Shown piece by piece: positions 25,370 through 37,800 of a stretch of 64,000 bases of DNA. The DNA lies in the NCBI GenBank assembly GCA_964016885.1, contig OZ024742.1, positions 177,692,001 through 177,756,000 on the forward strand. The letters are read 5' to 3'. The notes below the pieces were generated by a model, which saw only the letters and a list, made by a program, of their open reading frames with translations, made no database searches and had not been told where the DNA came from. Each line of letters starts with the position of its first letter. The first letter of the stretch is position 1. The translations under genes were made by a program, and so were the position numbers. The DNA comes from Eledone cirrhosa (taxonomy: Eukaryota).

Positions 25370-25440
25370 TGTGTATGTGTGTGTGTGTAGGTTACCGAAT
25401 TGTGTCGAGAGAAACCACTCTTAAAAATCGTATTCAATAA
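25271..25440. repeat. ~65-bp-arm palindrome centred on (TA)n
   Basis: TTATTGAATACGATTTTTAAGAGCGGTTTCTCTCGACACAATTCGGTAACCTACACAC... matches its reverse complement ending at 25440, with one substitution in the unique arm. Confidence 0.9.
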
Positions 25441-26104
25441 TTTATAGTATATATATATATATATAAATGGGGGCAGGGTGAGCAAGAGAGTACGTAATCC
25501 ATTATTAGAAAACTCATGAAGAAACGCAGGAATGAAGTCTATCCATCCCAGTGGTATATATTTCACCACTAAATTTTGTATAGCTAATTATTTAGGCATA
25601 TAATTACTACCAGCTGGTACGATACACGCTAAGAGCTGACAGTCTGTTCTTGAATACAAAAACAAAGAAATCATTGTAGCATACCTTTAGTAACTACCAA
25701 ATAAACATTAACGTATTTTACGACTAATTAGCGTATCGAATAGCGAATCAACAGTTCATTGATTTGTTGAAAACATTGGTGCTTTCCACTCATTATGTTA
25801 ATAATTAAGTAAATAAATAAATAAATAACAAAAATGAAGAACAAAAGAAAGAAAGAAGGAAACAAAGAAAAATAGATAGAATGAAAGATATAAATATAGA
25901 AGAAACGAAATCACATCTTTCTTTTTAATCATATACCGTATTTGCTGATCTATTGGACGTCCCTTCGTATTAGATGCTCCCTGGTTTTACAATGACATTT
26001 TGAGAACAAGAATATTTGTACATTTCCTCATAAATGTATTTAAAATGTTTTCATTGTTTTTTTCAGAAACTCTTATATAAGTTCGACATCATTTTGCTTA
26101 TATA

Positions 26105-26520
26105 AATTGCAGCATAGAATTACGGTCTTTTAGGGTTTGATTTCAAATCCCGCCGATGTTAACTTTGCCTTTCATCCTGACGGGGTCGATAAAATAAAGC
26201 ACCAGTAACGTATTGAGAACAATTTAATCGACTTTCCCCTACCCCCAAATTGTTGACCTTGTGCCTATACTAGAAATTATTATTGTATGAGTAACACTAA
26301 TAGTAATACAAACAAAATGTTTTTTTAATGTTATTTTTTTTTTGGGGGGGGGGGGGGGTTCCAATAGGCCAGCAAATACGGTAATTATAATTGTTTCTGA
26401 TTTAGTCACAAAGCCAGCAATTATGGGGTGAGAAGAAAGTCGATTAAATCGACCTCAATGCGTTAACGGTACTTTATGTTATCGACCCCGCAAGAATGAA
26501 AGGCAAAGTTAATCTGGGAG
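26105..26520. mobile_element. Two tail-to-tail Deu/Nin-like SINE copies (+ at ~26105-26285, - at ~26385-26520)
   Basis: The core GCCTTTCATCC..GGGGTCGATAA appears on each strand. Confidence 0.7.
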
Positions 26521-26601
26521 GCACTAGGTGGGAAATTCTATTATTTCAACTATATACATGGAATGACACTTTATTTTCTCGATGCCGGAAAGGTGTGTAA
26601 A

Positions 26602-26925
26602 GGCGCATGGCTTTGTGGTTAGAGCATTGCCTTTCAATCGGAAGGTTGTGTGATCGATTCTCGGACCGGGTGATGCGTTGTGTCCTTGAGCAAGACACTT
26701 TATTTCGAGTTGCTCCAATTCACTCGGCTGTTGCGACGTCACCGGTGTCAAGCTGTATCGGCCATTGCCTTTCCCTTGGACATCATCGGTGGCGTTGAGA
26801 GGGGAGGCTGGTATGCATGGACGACTGCTGGTCTTCCACAAATCAATCTTATCCGGACTTGAGTCTCGGAGGGAAACTTTCTAGGTGCAAATCCCATGGT
26901 CATTCGTGACTGAGGGGCGTCTTTG
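26602..26925 (+). mobile_element. tRNA-derived SINE of a second family (CORE/Meta-like central domain)
   Basis: tRNA-like head GGCGCATGGCTTTGTGGTTAGAGC..GATCGATTC and central GTGTCCTTGAGCAAGACACTT. Confidence 0.7.
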
Positions 26926-27184
26926 CAAAATATATATAAATTTATATATATAAATGACATAGAAGGGTAGAGAGGGCTCATGAGTCCAGTAAGACATCCT
27001 CTCTAGTGCTGGTGGCACAAATTATAAGCACCCAGTCCATGCTGTAAAGTGGCACTGGTGTTAGGAAGGGCATCCAACCAGTGTATTAATGCCAAAACAA
27101 TTATGAGCACAGCAACTTTTTATCATCATCATCATGTCCCACCTTGCAAGCAGGGATAAGCGGACGTACAACAACAACAACAAC

Positions 27185-27292
<108 letters not shown>

Positions 27293-27630
27293 AGCCTTCA
27301 ATGTTGATCGTATAGTATTATACCACTTTGCCTTTTATCTTTATGGGGTCGATAAAATAAAGCACCAGTAATGCACTGAGGTAATTTGCATTGCTAGTCT
27401 TGTGCCAAAAGTAGAAACAATTAATATATATTAGTTTAAATGCAGAACTTTTCCTTCATCAACAACCAGCTGGAGAACAAAACGACTTCGGCACTTCCAG
27501 ACACTATCTCTCACGACTAGAAACTCTGCGCCAAATTTCGCTCGTCGTCTTCCTCGTCGAGGTGGACGTCGTTGTTGCTGTTTTAGCTGTGTTTGTTGTT
27601 GTTGTCCTTCTTCTTCTATATATATATATA

Positions 27631-28095
<465 letters not shown>

Positions 28096-28574
28096 CATGC
28101 ATCTATATGTGTTTATATATATATATATATATATCTATATATATATTATACATCACAAATTCTTCTGTGACTTTCTTCTAATCATTTCTACATACTCACC
28201 CCTCTCTCAAGTCCTCCCCCCTCTCTCAAGTCCACACTCCCTCTCTCAAGTCCTCTCCCCTCTCTCAAGTCTCTTCTCCTCTCTCTCTCTCTACGGTGCC
28301 ATGTACCCATTGAGAATATCACGACACTATCTCAAAGCCACACCAGTCACAGGAAATTAGACTTTCTCCATTAATACAGGCAGGAACTTGGAGGTGATTT
28401 ATCGCGTGAGAGTTTATTTGTAATTCATGTTAAATAACTTATAAAATTTCTCAACAGCATGCTTTGAAAATCTGTAATTATAGCAAAGCTACAAACCATA
28501 CCCAGTTTTGCCAGCAGACGACAGTAAATGGAGTAGCAGTTGTAGAATTAGTATTAGAACACGTATTATTGGTA

Positions 28575-29110
28575 GGCGGTGATGGTGGATTGACAGTGTC
28601 GTTAGAGTATTAGACAAATGGTTAACAATAATTGTTCCGGCCATTTACTTTCTGAGTTCAACACCTGCCGAGGTCAACATTATCTTTTTTCTTTAAGAGT
28701 TCGATAAAATATATTGCTAGTAATGCACTGGGGTTGATTTAATCGACTATCCCCCACCCCGAAAATTGTTGGCCTTGTGCCTAAATCAGAGAGCACTATT
28801 GGAAGGCGGCGGTGGAATGGGAGGGTCGTTAAAGTATCGACAAAATTGTTAGCAGTATTTGTTCCAGATCTTTATGTTCTGAGCTCAAAACCTGCCGCGG
28901 TCAACTTTGCCTTTCATCCTTCAATTGTCCATAGAATATAATACCATTAATGGTATTGTATTATGACTAAAATAGAAATAAATAATGGAAGAGGGTAGAT
29001 TGGCAAAACCGTTAGAGCGCCAGATAGATTCTTAACTCCGAGATCAAATCCGCTCAAGATCAAGGTCAACTTTGCTTTGTATCCTTTGTGGTTCGTTAAA
29101 TAGTGTACCT
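28575..29110 (+). mobile_element. Three tandem decayed SINE copies
   Basis: The GGATTGGCAG..GTTAGAG, GAGTTCAA..GCCGAGGTCAAC and ATCCTT motifs repeat at ~28575, 28805 and 28990. Confidence 0.65.
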
Positions 29111-29329
29111 CACGAGTCCTCTCTAGTTTCAGTCCGTTTACTTAGTCAACTGAATATCCGAATTAAATTCTTTTAAAAATAAATATAACATAGGCTTTTC
29201 GTTAGTATGTTGTGGATTATGCGTACGGAGGTGGACATTCACATGATTCTACTGCAAGATTATTATAAGTCTGTAGATACATTGTCAAATAAAATTAAAT
29301 TAACAAAGGAAAACAATTACCTAAAATGA

Positions 29330-29398
29330 CCACTGACCTAAGGATAACAGTTAATTTTAAACTGTTGACTTCCGCTCTACCAACTAAGCTATCGCGAG
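29330..29398 (-). pseudogene. tRNA-Tyr pseudogene (3' end lost, anticodon destroyed)
   Basis: The CTCGCGATAGCTTAGTTGGTAGAGCGG 5' half and ATCCTTAGGTC remain. Confidence 0.75.
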
Positions 29399-29644
29399 AA
29401 CACTAGCGTAGCATTCAAAATATAACATCATATATGATATTAATGGATAGTATCACGATGTGAGAACAATAATTTAAATCATAATAGAAAGTATACACGC
29501 ACAAATACACACACAGAACGCACACACATACATACAATCGCAGACAGAAACACACATACATACAATCGCAGACAGAAACACACACATGTATATTAAACAT
29601 TAGATAATGTAATGCCTACTACTTAACATAAACCATTATAAATA

Positions 29645-30372
29645 TGGTGGATTGGCAGTATCGGTAGAGGGTCGGACGCCATGCTTTGACGCATAGAGTT
29701 ACGGCCCTTGCCATTCTGAGTTCAAATCCCGCCGAGGTTAACTTTGCCTGTCATCCTTACGGGGTCGATGAAATAAAGTACCAGTAATGCACTGGGTAAT
29801 TGCTGGCCTTGTGCCAAAAGTAGAAACAATTATAAACATACACAAGAGAGTGCTGAACTTGCAGTATCAGAAGGGCATCGAACATCATGTTTTGCAGCAT
29901 ATATTTGCGCTCCTTTACGTTCAGAGTTCAAATACCGCCCAGCTCATCTTTGCCGTTCATCCTTACATGCTCTATGAGATAAAGTACAGGGACGGCACTT
30001 GGGTAGATTTAATCCACCTTATACACAAATATATATACACACAGGCTGACACACACATATACATACAGTTGCACAGAGAAGCACACACGTGTATATAATG
30101 CATTCAATGACGTGAATCCTACTTCTAAATAGCAACAATTATGTATACACAAAAAAGCGTTGGATTGACATATCGGTAGGGCGTCGGACAACATGAATCG
30201 CAGCATATAGATACGTTCTGAGTTCAAATCCCAAAGAGTTTAGCTTTGCGTATCATCCTTACGGAGTCGATAAAATAAAGTACCAGTAGGGCACTTGAGT
30301 CGATTTAGTCCAGTTTCCATTACCCCAAAATTGTTCCCCATGTGCCTAAATCTGAAACCATCATTAATATTA
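29645..30372 (+). mobile_element. Cluster of SINE copies (29645-29833, ~29850-30015, ~30157-30372) forming part of the tRNA-array spacer
   Basis: Homology to 20340-20530; the 30157 copy has paralogs at ~55300 and ~58508. Confidence 0.75.
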
Positions 30373-30770
30373 GTAATTGGTGACAGAATTTTAAGAGAAC
30401 TGGGAAAATACGTTTCACCGATAAACAGTTTTCTACGCGGAGTAGCAGTTCGTTTAATTGAACGATGGCTTTTCTGAATTGATTTATTTAAAAAATCTGA
30501 ATATTACATAGGCGTTTTTATTTGTATATGTTAATATACCTCGAGATGTGAGATGAAAATTCATATGATCTCATGAAAAGAACTGACTGTTTCTCAGCGC
30601 CTCACCCTCACAATCCGTTCGCCAATTCCATCAATTAACAACAAGAAGGAACGGGAATTTCCCGAAATAGCAGAAAAGAACCTACGACATTATTTTCCAT
30701 CTTTAGAAATATTGTCAATTAAAATTGAAAAGAAAAAAGAAAAAAAAAAAAAAAGAAAAAAAATGGTGAT

Positions 30771-30859
30771 TTTCGCTAAACGGATTCAAACCACCGACCT
30801 AAGGATAACAGTTAATTTCGAACTACAGTACTCCGCTCTACCAACTGAGCTATCGCGAG
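30771..30859 (-). pseudogene. Intron-containing tRNA-Tyr(GTA) pseudogene
   Basis: GTA anticodon and 16-nt intron are present, but the B-box reads GTTTGA and the acceptor and anticodon stems are mismatched. Confidence 0.8.
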
Positions 30860-31255
30860 AACACTGGAATATCGTTCAATGTTAATGAACGCTATCTGAT
30901 GTTAATGAACGCTATAACAATCTGACAACAATAATTTAAGGCGTCATATGAATAGTTTACTCACACACATACATACAGTTGCACACAGAAACACTCAAAC
31001 ACTTTTATACAATACATCCACCACTATATATATATTCAAACGTGGACAAAATTAACAAGATGTATGATTTATTATACTACTAGACAAATCCAGTTCAATC
31101 TCCTATGGAGAATGCTTTCTGTAGTTGGCTTATTGTTCAGAATATGAAAATGAATTCAAGTTGCCAGAAGAATGGGGAAAGAAATACAAATAATTGTAAA
31201 ATTATTAAATGAAATATAATAAAAAAAAAAATATCGCTTGACATAGGTAGATATA

Positions 31256-34200
31256 TTTCTTTATTTGCCACAAGGGCGCACAAGAAAAGGGGACAATACA
31301 AAGACATGCCGGGGATTTTACATACAGTCATGTAAAAATATAAAAACAAACAATTACAACAATCGAAATCCCCAATACGGAGGAGGCGCCACAAATGGGT
31401 TGTTTAATACCCCGTCGATAGAACAACCCTCAACTCCAGGAGCGTGTTGCGCAAGTGCTCCTTTCTTCCTTTTGCTCTCTTCTTCAACCTACAGGCTTAT
31501 AAACAGAGAAGGCCCAATCACTCGGGCCATTTTCGCTTCATTCAGCCACCTTTCAGTAAATTTACTGGGGTGCAGTGCCTCTCTCTCCACCCTGATTCTC
31601 CTTCTAAAATGATACTTAAAGAAGGGTATCAATTGTTGTCCACAGAGAAAGGCATCTGTCCTCAGTCCTCTCATCTCGTACGCCATATAACCTCTTTTAC
31701 CATAGCCACGGTACTGAGGAAAACCGCCTCTCTTTCGTTTTTGAAAGAGGCTGGCGGTTTGATCCTTACTATGGACTCGGCAGTCAACTGGATTTGTCCC
31801 ATACGCGACAGCTGTTCTTCTGCATAGTTCCACAGGTCGGTTACGCCCGGGCAGTGTACAATTGCGTGCAGGACTGTTTCAATGTCCTGCGCGAATCTTG
31901 GAACGTCCTCTTGGAAGGATCCCTGCCGGGGCTTCTGTGCCTGTAGATCTTGTCATGAACCGGTAGAGCTCCTCGGCAGCACTGCCAAGCCAGGGACCTC
32001 TGGAAGTTGTCCATAGGTCCCGGGCGGAAAGTCCTACCAAACAGACTGGTGAGCTCATCGTCTTCGACGCCCAGAGTCTCTCCGAGCACGTCGTCGACCT
32101 TGTAACGTACAATCCCTCTATAGAATGTTAAAGTGGAGTCTCCACTGATTGCTGCGCCCGATTGCCAGAGGACTGTGAGCGCCTGAGTGCATTCAATGTG
32201 CCAGGCGCACATCATTTTCGGTCTTTTCTTCACCCAGGACTGCAGCTCCGTCAGCGAGACGAGCTGTGGGAAAGCCTGTCTCAAACGGTGCCCAGACCGG
32301 TTGGGGGTCGGTGAGGAATACCTGGAGATGCCGCAGCCTCAACGCATGTTTGCGCATTATCAGCCACAGCATTCCCAGCCCTCCGTTGGAAGGGTGCTGA
32401 CGGCAGACGGATCTCCTCACCAGCGGAGCCTGCTTCTTCCACAGAAACTGGAAGAGCATGCGTTCTATCTTGGCGAAGTGTTCACGGGGACAAGGCATGA
32501 CAGTCAAGCGGTAGTAGATGAGGGACGCTATGAAAGTGTTCACCACCTCCGCTCGACCTTTCAAGGACAGTTTACACTCTGCCCACTTCTGGGTGAGTGC
32601 AAACACCTTGGCCGTGACCTCGTTCCAGTTTTTCTCCACCTGGAGGTCTGGACCGAACCAGACCCCGAGCAATTTCACCGGTCCGTCCGTCCAGCGTCCA
32701 ACGACGCTGTCGGACGTCATCGGTTTGCCTCTCCGCGTACCGAGTTGCAAACCGACAGACTTGTCCGGGTTTAGTTTTGCTCCCGTCAGCGTTTCGCATT
32801 CTTTCAGTAAGTTGCCGATCACCCCGATTTCCGAGGTGCTCGATACCATTACCATAACGTCGTCGGCATAAGCCGATGCCGCTTTGCGCAGTCTCGGTTC
32901 TAGAGGGATGCCCTGCAACAGCTCCAATTTCCGCAGTAGTGGCTCTAGAGTCAATACATACAGAATGGAGGAGAGAGGGCACCCCTGTCGAATGGAACGC
33001 GTTATTGCGAACGGCTCCGATAGGTAGCCGTTCACCTTGACCCTCAAGCAGATGCTGGTGTGCATCGCCTCGATCCATCCTCTGAACACGGGACCGAAAC
33101 CGGCCGCCTTGAGAACCGCTTCCAAGTATCGATGGTCGACCCTATCGAATGCCTTAGACTGATCCAAGTGGATCAGAGCCCCACCGAAGCCGGGTTTACT
33201 ACCCACCTTCTCTATGATGTATCGCATGAGGTGGAGGTTGTCGTGTATGGACCTGGTCGGGATTGCACGCGTTTGCGCTTTCCCTACCAGGTTCTCCACG
33301 ACAAGCGCCAACCTCTTTGCTAGCACCTTGGTCAAAATCTTTAACTCTGTGTTTAGCAGAGTTATGGGCCTGAAATTGCTTATCTCATCCCCCTTGTTCT
33401 CATCTTTCCTGATCAGCGTTACTACGCCTCTGCCTACAGAACTGGGAAGTGGATGTTGCAGGTGTTTGTGTTGTGTTTGGTTTGGAGTGTTGATGTTGGG
33501 GTTTTGGTGTTGGTAATAACACCTTGTTTGTCCTCGGTTTGTTTAAGAGAGGGCAAAAGGCTTTTAAGTGTGTGGTTTTCCCACACTTATGGCACTGATG
33601 TCTCTTCTCCTCCACTAAAATGGAGATGACATCTTCCTCAAGGACGATCCTGTTCGGTATTTTCTCAACTCTCTCTGGCCTCATTTGTACCAGAACGTCG
33701 ATGCAGGTTCCAAACCAGTTATGCCGGTCTGTCCTGTCTACAGATAGGAGGGTGTCCTCATCCTTCTTCAGGATGCAGCGTAGGATCCACCATATGTTAA
33801 GCTCTGCTGGGATCCTGGTTATTTTTATTTTGTATGATCTTCTTCCCATGTATGTAGGGAAGAAGATGTGTTGATCCGTTTTTATTGAGTGAACCGAGTG
33901 TTTTTGTGCCAGAGTTTCGCTCTTAAAAAGCACTGACACACTTCCATACTGTTTACCTCTTTGGTAGTATACCACGTCTGGCTTGATGACTTTTAGTGCA
34001 GCTTCAATAGTGCTTGGTGGGAGCGTTATGGGTTTTTTGGTAGTGATGTCAACTGTTCTATAAATTAGCTTCTTTTTCTGTGTCATTTCTCTTACTTGTG
34101 GGGGTATGTGTATGTGTGGGGTGTCTCCCTCAAACGTCATATAGTTGCAAGCTTCTTCCAAACATTGGCACATTTGGGAAATGTCCATGCAGTAGTATTT

Positions 34201-34806
34201 AAAATCCTGTTGCTTAGCAACTGTTGCGGCAAATGAAATGTTGTTATTGTTGTTGTTGGTGGTGATGATGGTCTCATTCGTTGTGTTACCACTGATTCCT
34301 TTTGTTGTGTTGTTGTTGTTCTCATTTATTGTGTTGTTGTTGTTGGTTGTGGTGGTATTAGTGTTCGCTACACATACTTCCTTCTGTGTGTGGATACATG
34401 TGACGTTTGTGACGTCAGGTGTGTTCAGTTGCTTACAAGCAGCTGAAGCTTGTTCCTCTTCGAAATGTTGAGGCGATAATGTTGACATTCCTCTGTCCAT
34501 GTTTGCTACTCCCTGATGGAAAAGTAGGCATGGCTTTCCCTTCCCATCTTCTTGTTTTGACAAAGAAGTGGGTGCCTTTGCTTCAGCCATTTTTTAAAAA
34601 TTGAGGTGTTTTGCAAACATTTTTTTTTCGAAAATATTTTGGATGTTTTTGCCCTGAGGGGCACGATATTTTGGGAGACTGACCAGGTCAAAATTTGACC
34701 TGTCAGTCCTTCTACAAATTGGTATGAAAATAAAATTCACAATGACGAAATTCTAAAGAAATTTAAACAAAACTTACCGAGCAAGTTTAACACATGTGTC
34801 CATCCC
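31256..34806 (-). mobile_element. Tx1-like LINE copy A: both ends present, large internal deletion joining ORF1 to the RT part of ORF2 near 33449
   Basis: ORF1 from 34590 with CHKCGKTTHLKAFC; ORF2 remnant with SKAFDRV, RQGCPLS and YADD, frameshifted downstream; 3' GTGGCAAATAAAGAAA. Confidence 0.9.

Positions 34807-34856
<50 letters not shown>
34807..34856. repeat. (GATA)n between Tx1 copies A and B
   Basis: Pure tetranucleotide run. Confidence 0.95.
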
Positions 34857-37800
34857 TGTTTCTTTTATTTGCCACTAGGGCATCAAAAGTGGGACAAGTA
34901 CAAAGGGGGGAGTTTACACAAAAAGGCGTCCTCAATAAGGAGGAGGCAATAACAAAATATAAAAATAAAATAAGATATAACAAAAAATAAAATTTATAAC
35001 AAAATCCTCAATAGAGAGGAGGCGCCTTGGGGGGGTCGCACACACCCCCGAAAAAAGTGTGCAACCCTTCTCCTCAGGAGCACAGAGAAGGGGTGCTCCC
35101 TTGGTCTTTCATCTTCCTCACCTATAGTCTGATGTAGAGTGAAGGCCCATTCACACAGGCCATTCTCGCCACTTTCACCCATCTTTCATAGAAACGGCTG
35201 GGGTGCAGCACCTCTCTCTCCATCCTGATCCTTCTTCCGAAATGATATCGGAAGAAACGGACCAGTTGTTGGCCAGAGAGAAAGGTGCCTGACCTCAGTC
35301 CTTTCAGACGCGTCCACCATACAACCTCTTTCGCCATGGCTATTAAGCACAGAAACACCGCCTCTGCTTCATCTTTGAAGGGGGGAGGCGGCTTGATCAT
35401 TACAATAGACTCGGTGGTCAACCGGATCGGTCCCACCCTTGACAGCAGTTGTTCGACATAGCCCCACAGATCGGCTACGCCCGAGCAGTGTACCAATGCG
35501 TGTGCAACGGTTTCCTCGTCGCACACGCATCTGGGACAGATCTTTTTGGCGGGGTCCCTACCCGGGCGCCCGTGTCTGTAGAGCCTTTCTCGAACGGGTA
35601 AAGCCCCTCGGTAGCACTGCCAGGCCAGGGACTTCTGGAAGTTGTCCATAGGTCCCGGGCTGAATGTCCTACCGAACAGGCTGGCCAGTTCGTCCTCCTC
35701 CATGTCTAGGGCTTCTCCGAGGGCGTCGTCGCACCTGCTGCGTACCAGCCCTCTATAGAATGTTGCGGTGGAGTCTCCACTGATAACCGGATCCGCCTGC
35801 CAGAGGGCGGTGAGCGCCTGGGCACACTCAGTGTGCCAGGCGCCCAGTTTTCTCGGTCTCTGCTTGACCCAGGATTGCAGCTCGGTGAGTGAGACGAGTC
35901 TGGGAAAGGTTCGTCTCACAAACGAGGCCCATACCGGTTGTCCGGTGAGGAATACGTAGAGGTGCCGTAGCCTTAATGCGTGTTTACGCATCATTAACCA
36001 CGGCATCCCCAGCCCTCCTTTCGAAGGGTGTTGACAGCAGATGGATCTCCTCACCATAGGAGCCCGCCTCTTCCAAAGGAATTGGAAGAGCGCGCGCTCC
36101 ATCTTGGTGAGGGTTTCCCTTGGGCAGGGCACTACGGTCAGGCGGTAGTAGATGACGGACGCTATGTAGGTGTTCGCCACCTCCGCCCGACCTTTCAGGG
36201 ATAGTTTGCAACTGGCCCACTTCTGGGTCAGTGCAAACACCCTGTTCGTAACCTCCGCCCAGTGTTTCTCCACCTGGAGGTCCGGTCCGAACCAGACCCC
36301 GAGCAACTTCACCGGGCCCTCCGTCCAGCGTCCGACGACGCCATCGGAGGGCATCGGTCTGCCCCTCCACGTGCCGAGTTGCAAACCGATCGACTTGTCC
36401 CGGTTCAGCTTAGCCCCTGTGAACTTTTCGTACTCCTCCAGTAAGGTGCCGACCGCCTCGATTTCGGAGGCCGTCGACACCATTACTGTCACGTCATCGG
36501 CGTAGGCCGACACCGCTTTCCGCAATCCCGGTTCCAAAGGGATGCCCTGCAACAGCTCCAACTTCCGCAGTAGTGGCTCGAGAGTCAACACATACAGAAG
36601 GGAGGAGAGAGGGCACCCTTGTCGGATGGACCGCGCGATTTTGAACGGCTCCGAGAGGTAGCCGTTCACCTTGACCCTAGAGCAGATGCGGCTGTTGTGC
36701 ATAGCAGTGATCCAGCCCCTGAAAACGGGTCCGAAGCCTGCCGCCGCTAGCACCGCATCCAGGTAACCATGGTCGACCCTATCGAACGCCTTAGATTGAT
36801 CCAAGTTGATCAGAGCCCCACCAAAGCCGGGTTCGTTCCCAACCCTCTCTATGATGTATCGCATGAGGTGGAGGTTGTCATGGATGGACCTGGACGGGAT
36901 AGCGCATGTCTGCGCATCTCCCACCAGGTTGCCCACGACAAGCGCCAACCTCTTTGCTAGCACCTTGGCCAAAATCTGTAACTCTGTATTTAGCAGAGTT
37001 ATGGGCCTGAAGTTACTTATTTCGTCCCCCTTGTTCTCGTCCTTCCTCACTAGCGTGACTACGCCCTTGGTCACAGTACAGGGAATTCTCCCGTTCTGTT
37101 GCCAGTTGCAGTAGACCGCCTCGAGGAGATCGGGGAACAAGTCCGGCATAGCTAGATATAATTCGTAAGGAAGACCATCGAGACCCGGGGATTTGCGTTT
37201 GCCGCATCGGCTCAGCACGTCCTCTATCTCAGCGGCCGAAATCGGCTCCTCGCAGGACTTCGCCTCCCTGTCCGAGAGGCGCGGCAGGCCGTCGAGGTAT
37301 GGACCGAAGTCCACGTTCCCAACCGGCTCTCCGCCCCTCCCGAACAGTCGGGCAAAGTGCCTTTGAAAGGCCTCACACATCTGCTTAGGCTCAAGAATCG
37401 CCGGTCCATCCAGGTCTCGCAAAGACCGGATGGTGGATTTAGTTCCACTGTTGGCCTCTGTCACGCGGGCCCAGCTAACAGCTTTGGTCCCCTCGTTCCC
37501 TAGAGCACGTATTTTACTTCGGACAACGCAGCCTTCGTGCTTCGCGTCGAAAAACTGGCTCAAAGCCGTTCTCGACGCTAGCACTCTGGCCACGTCGCCG
37601 CTTCTAATTACCTCTTCTACTCTATCTATTAGCTCCCTTTCCTTCCTATTCCTATCCGCAGCTAGAACCTTACTAAATTCTATCGAGACTACTCTAATCT
37701 CTCTCTTTAGAGATACCCACCACCTGCTGTTGACGATCGCTCCAGTCAACCGTTCCTTAACTAACGTACTAATCCGATTCCTGTAGGCTCTACTTGCCGG

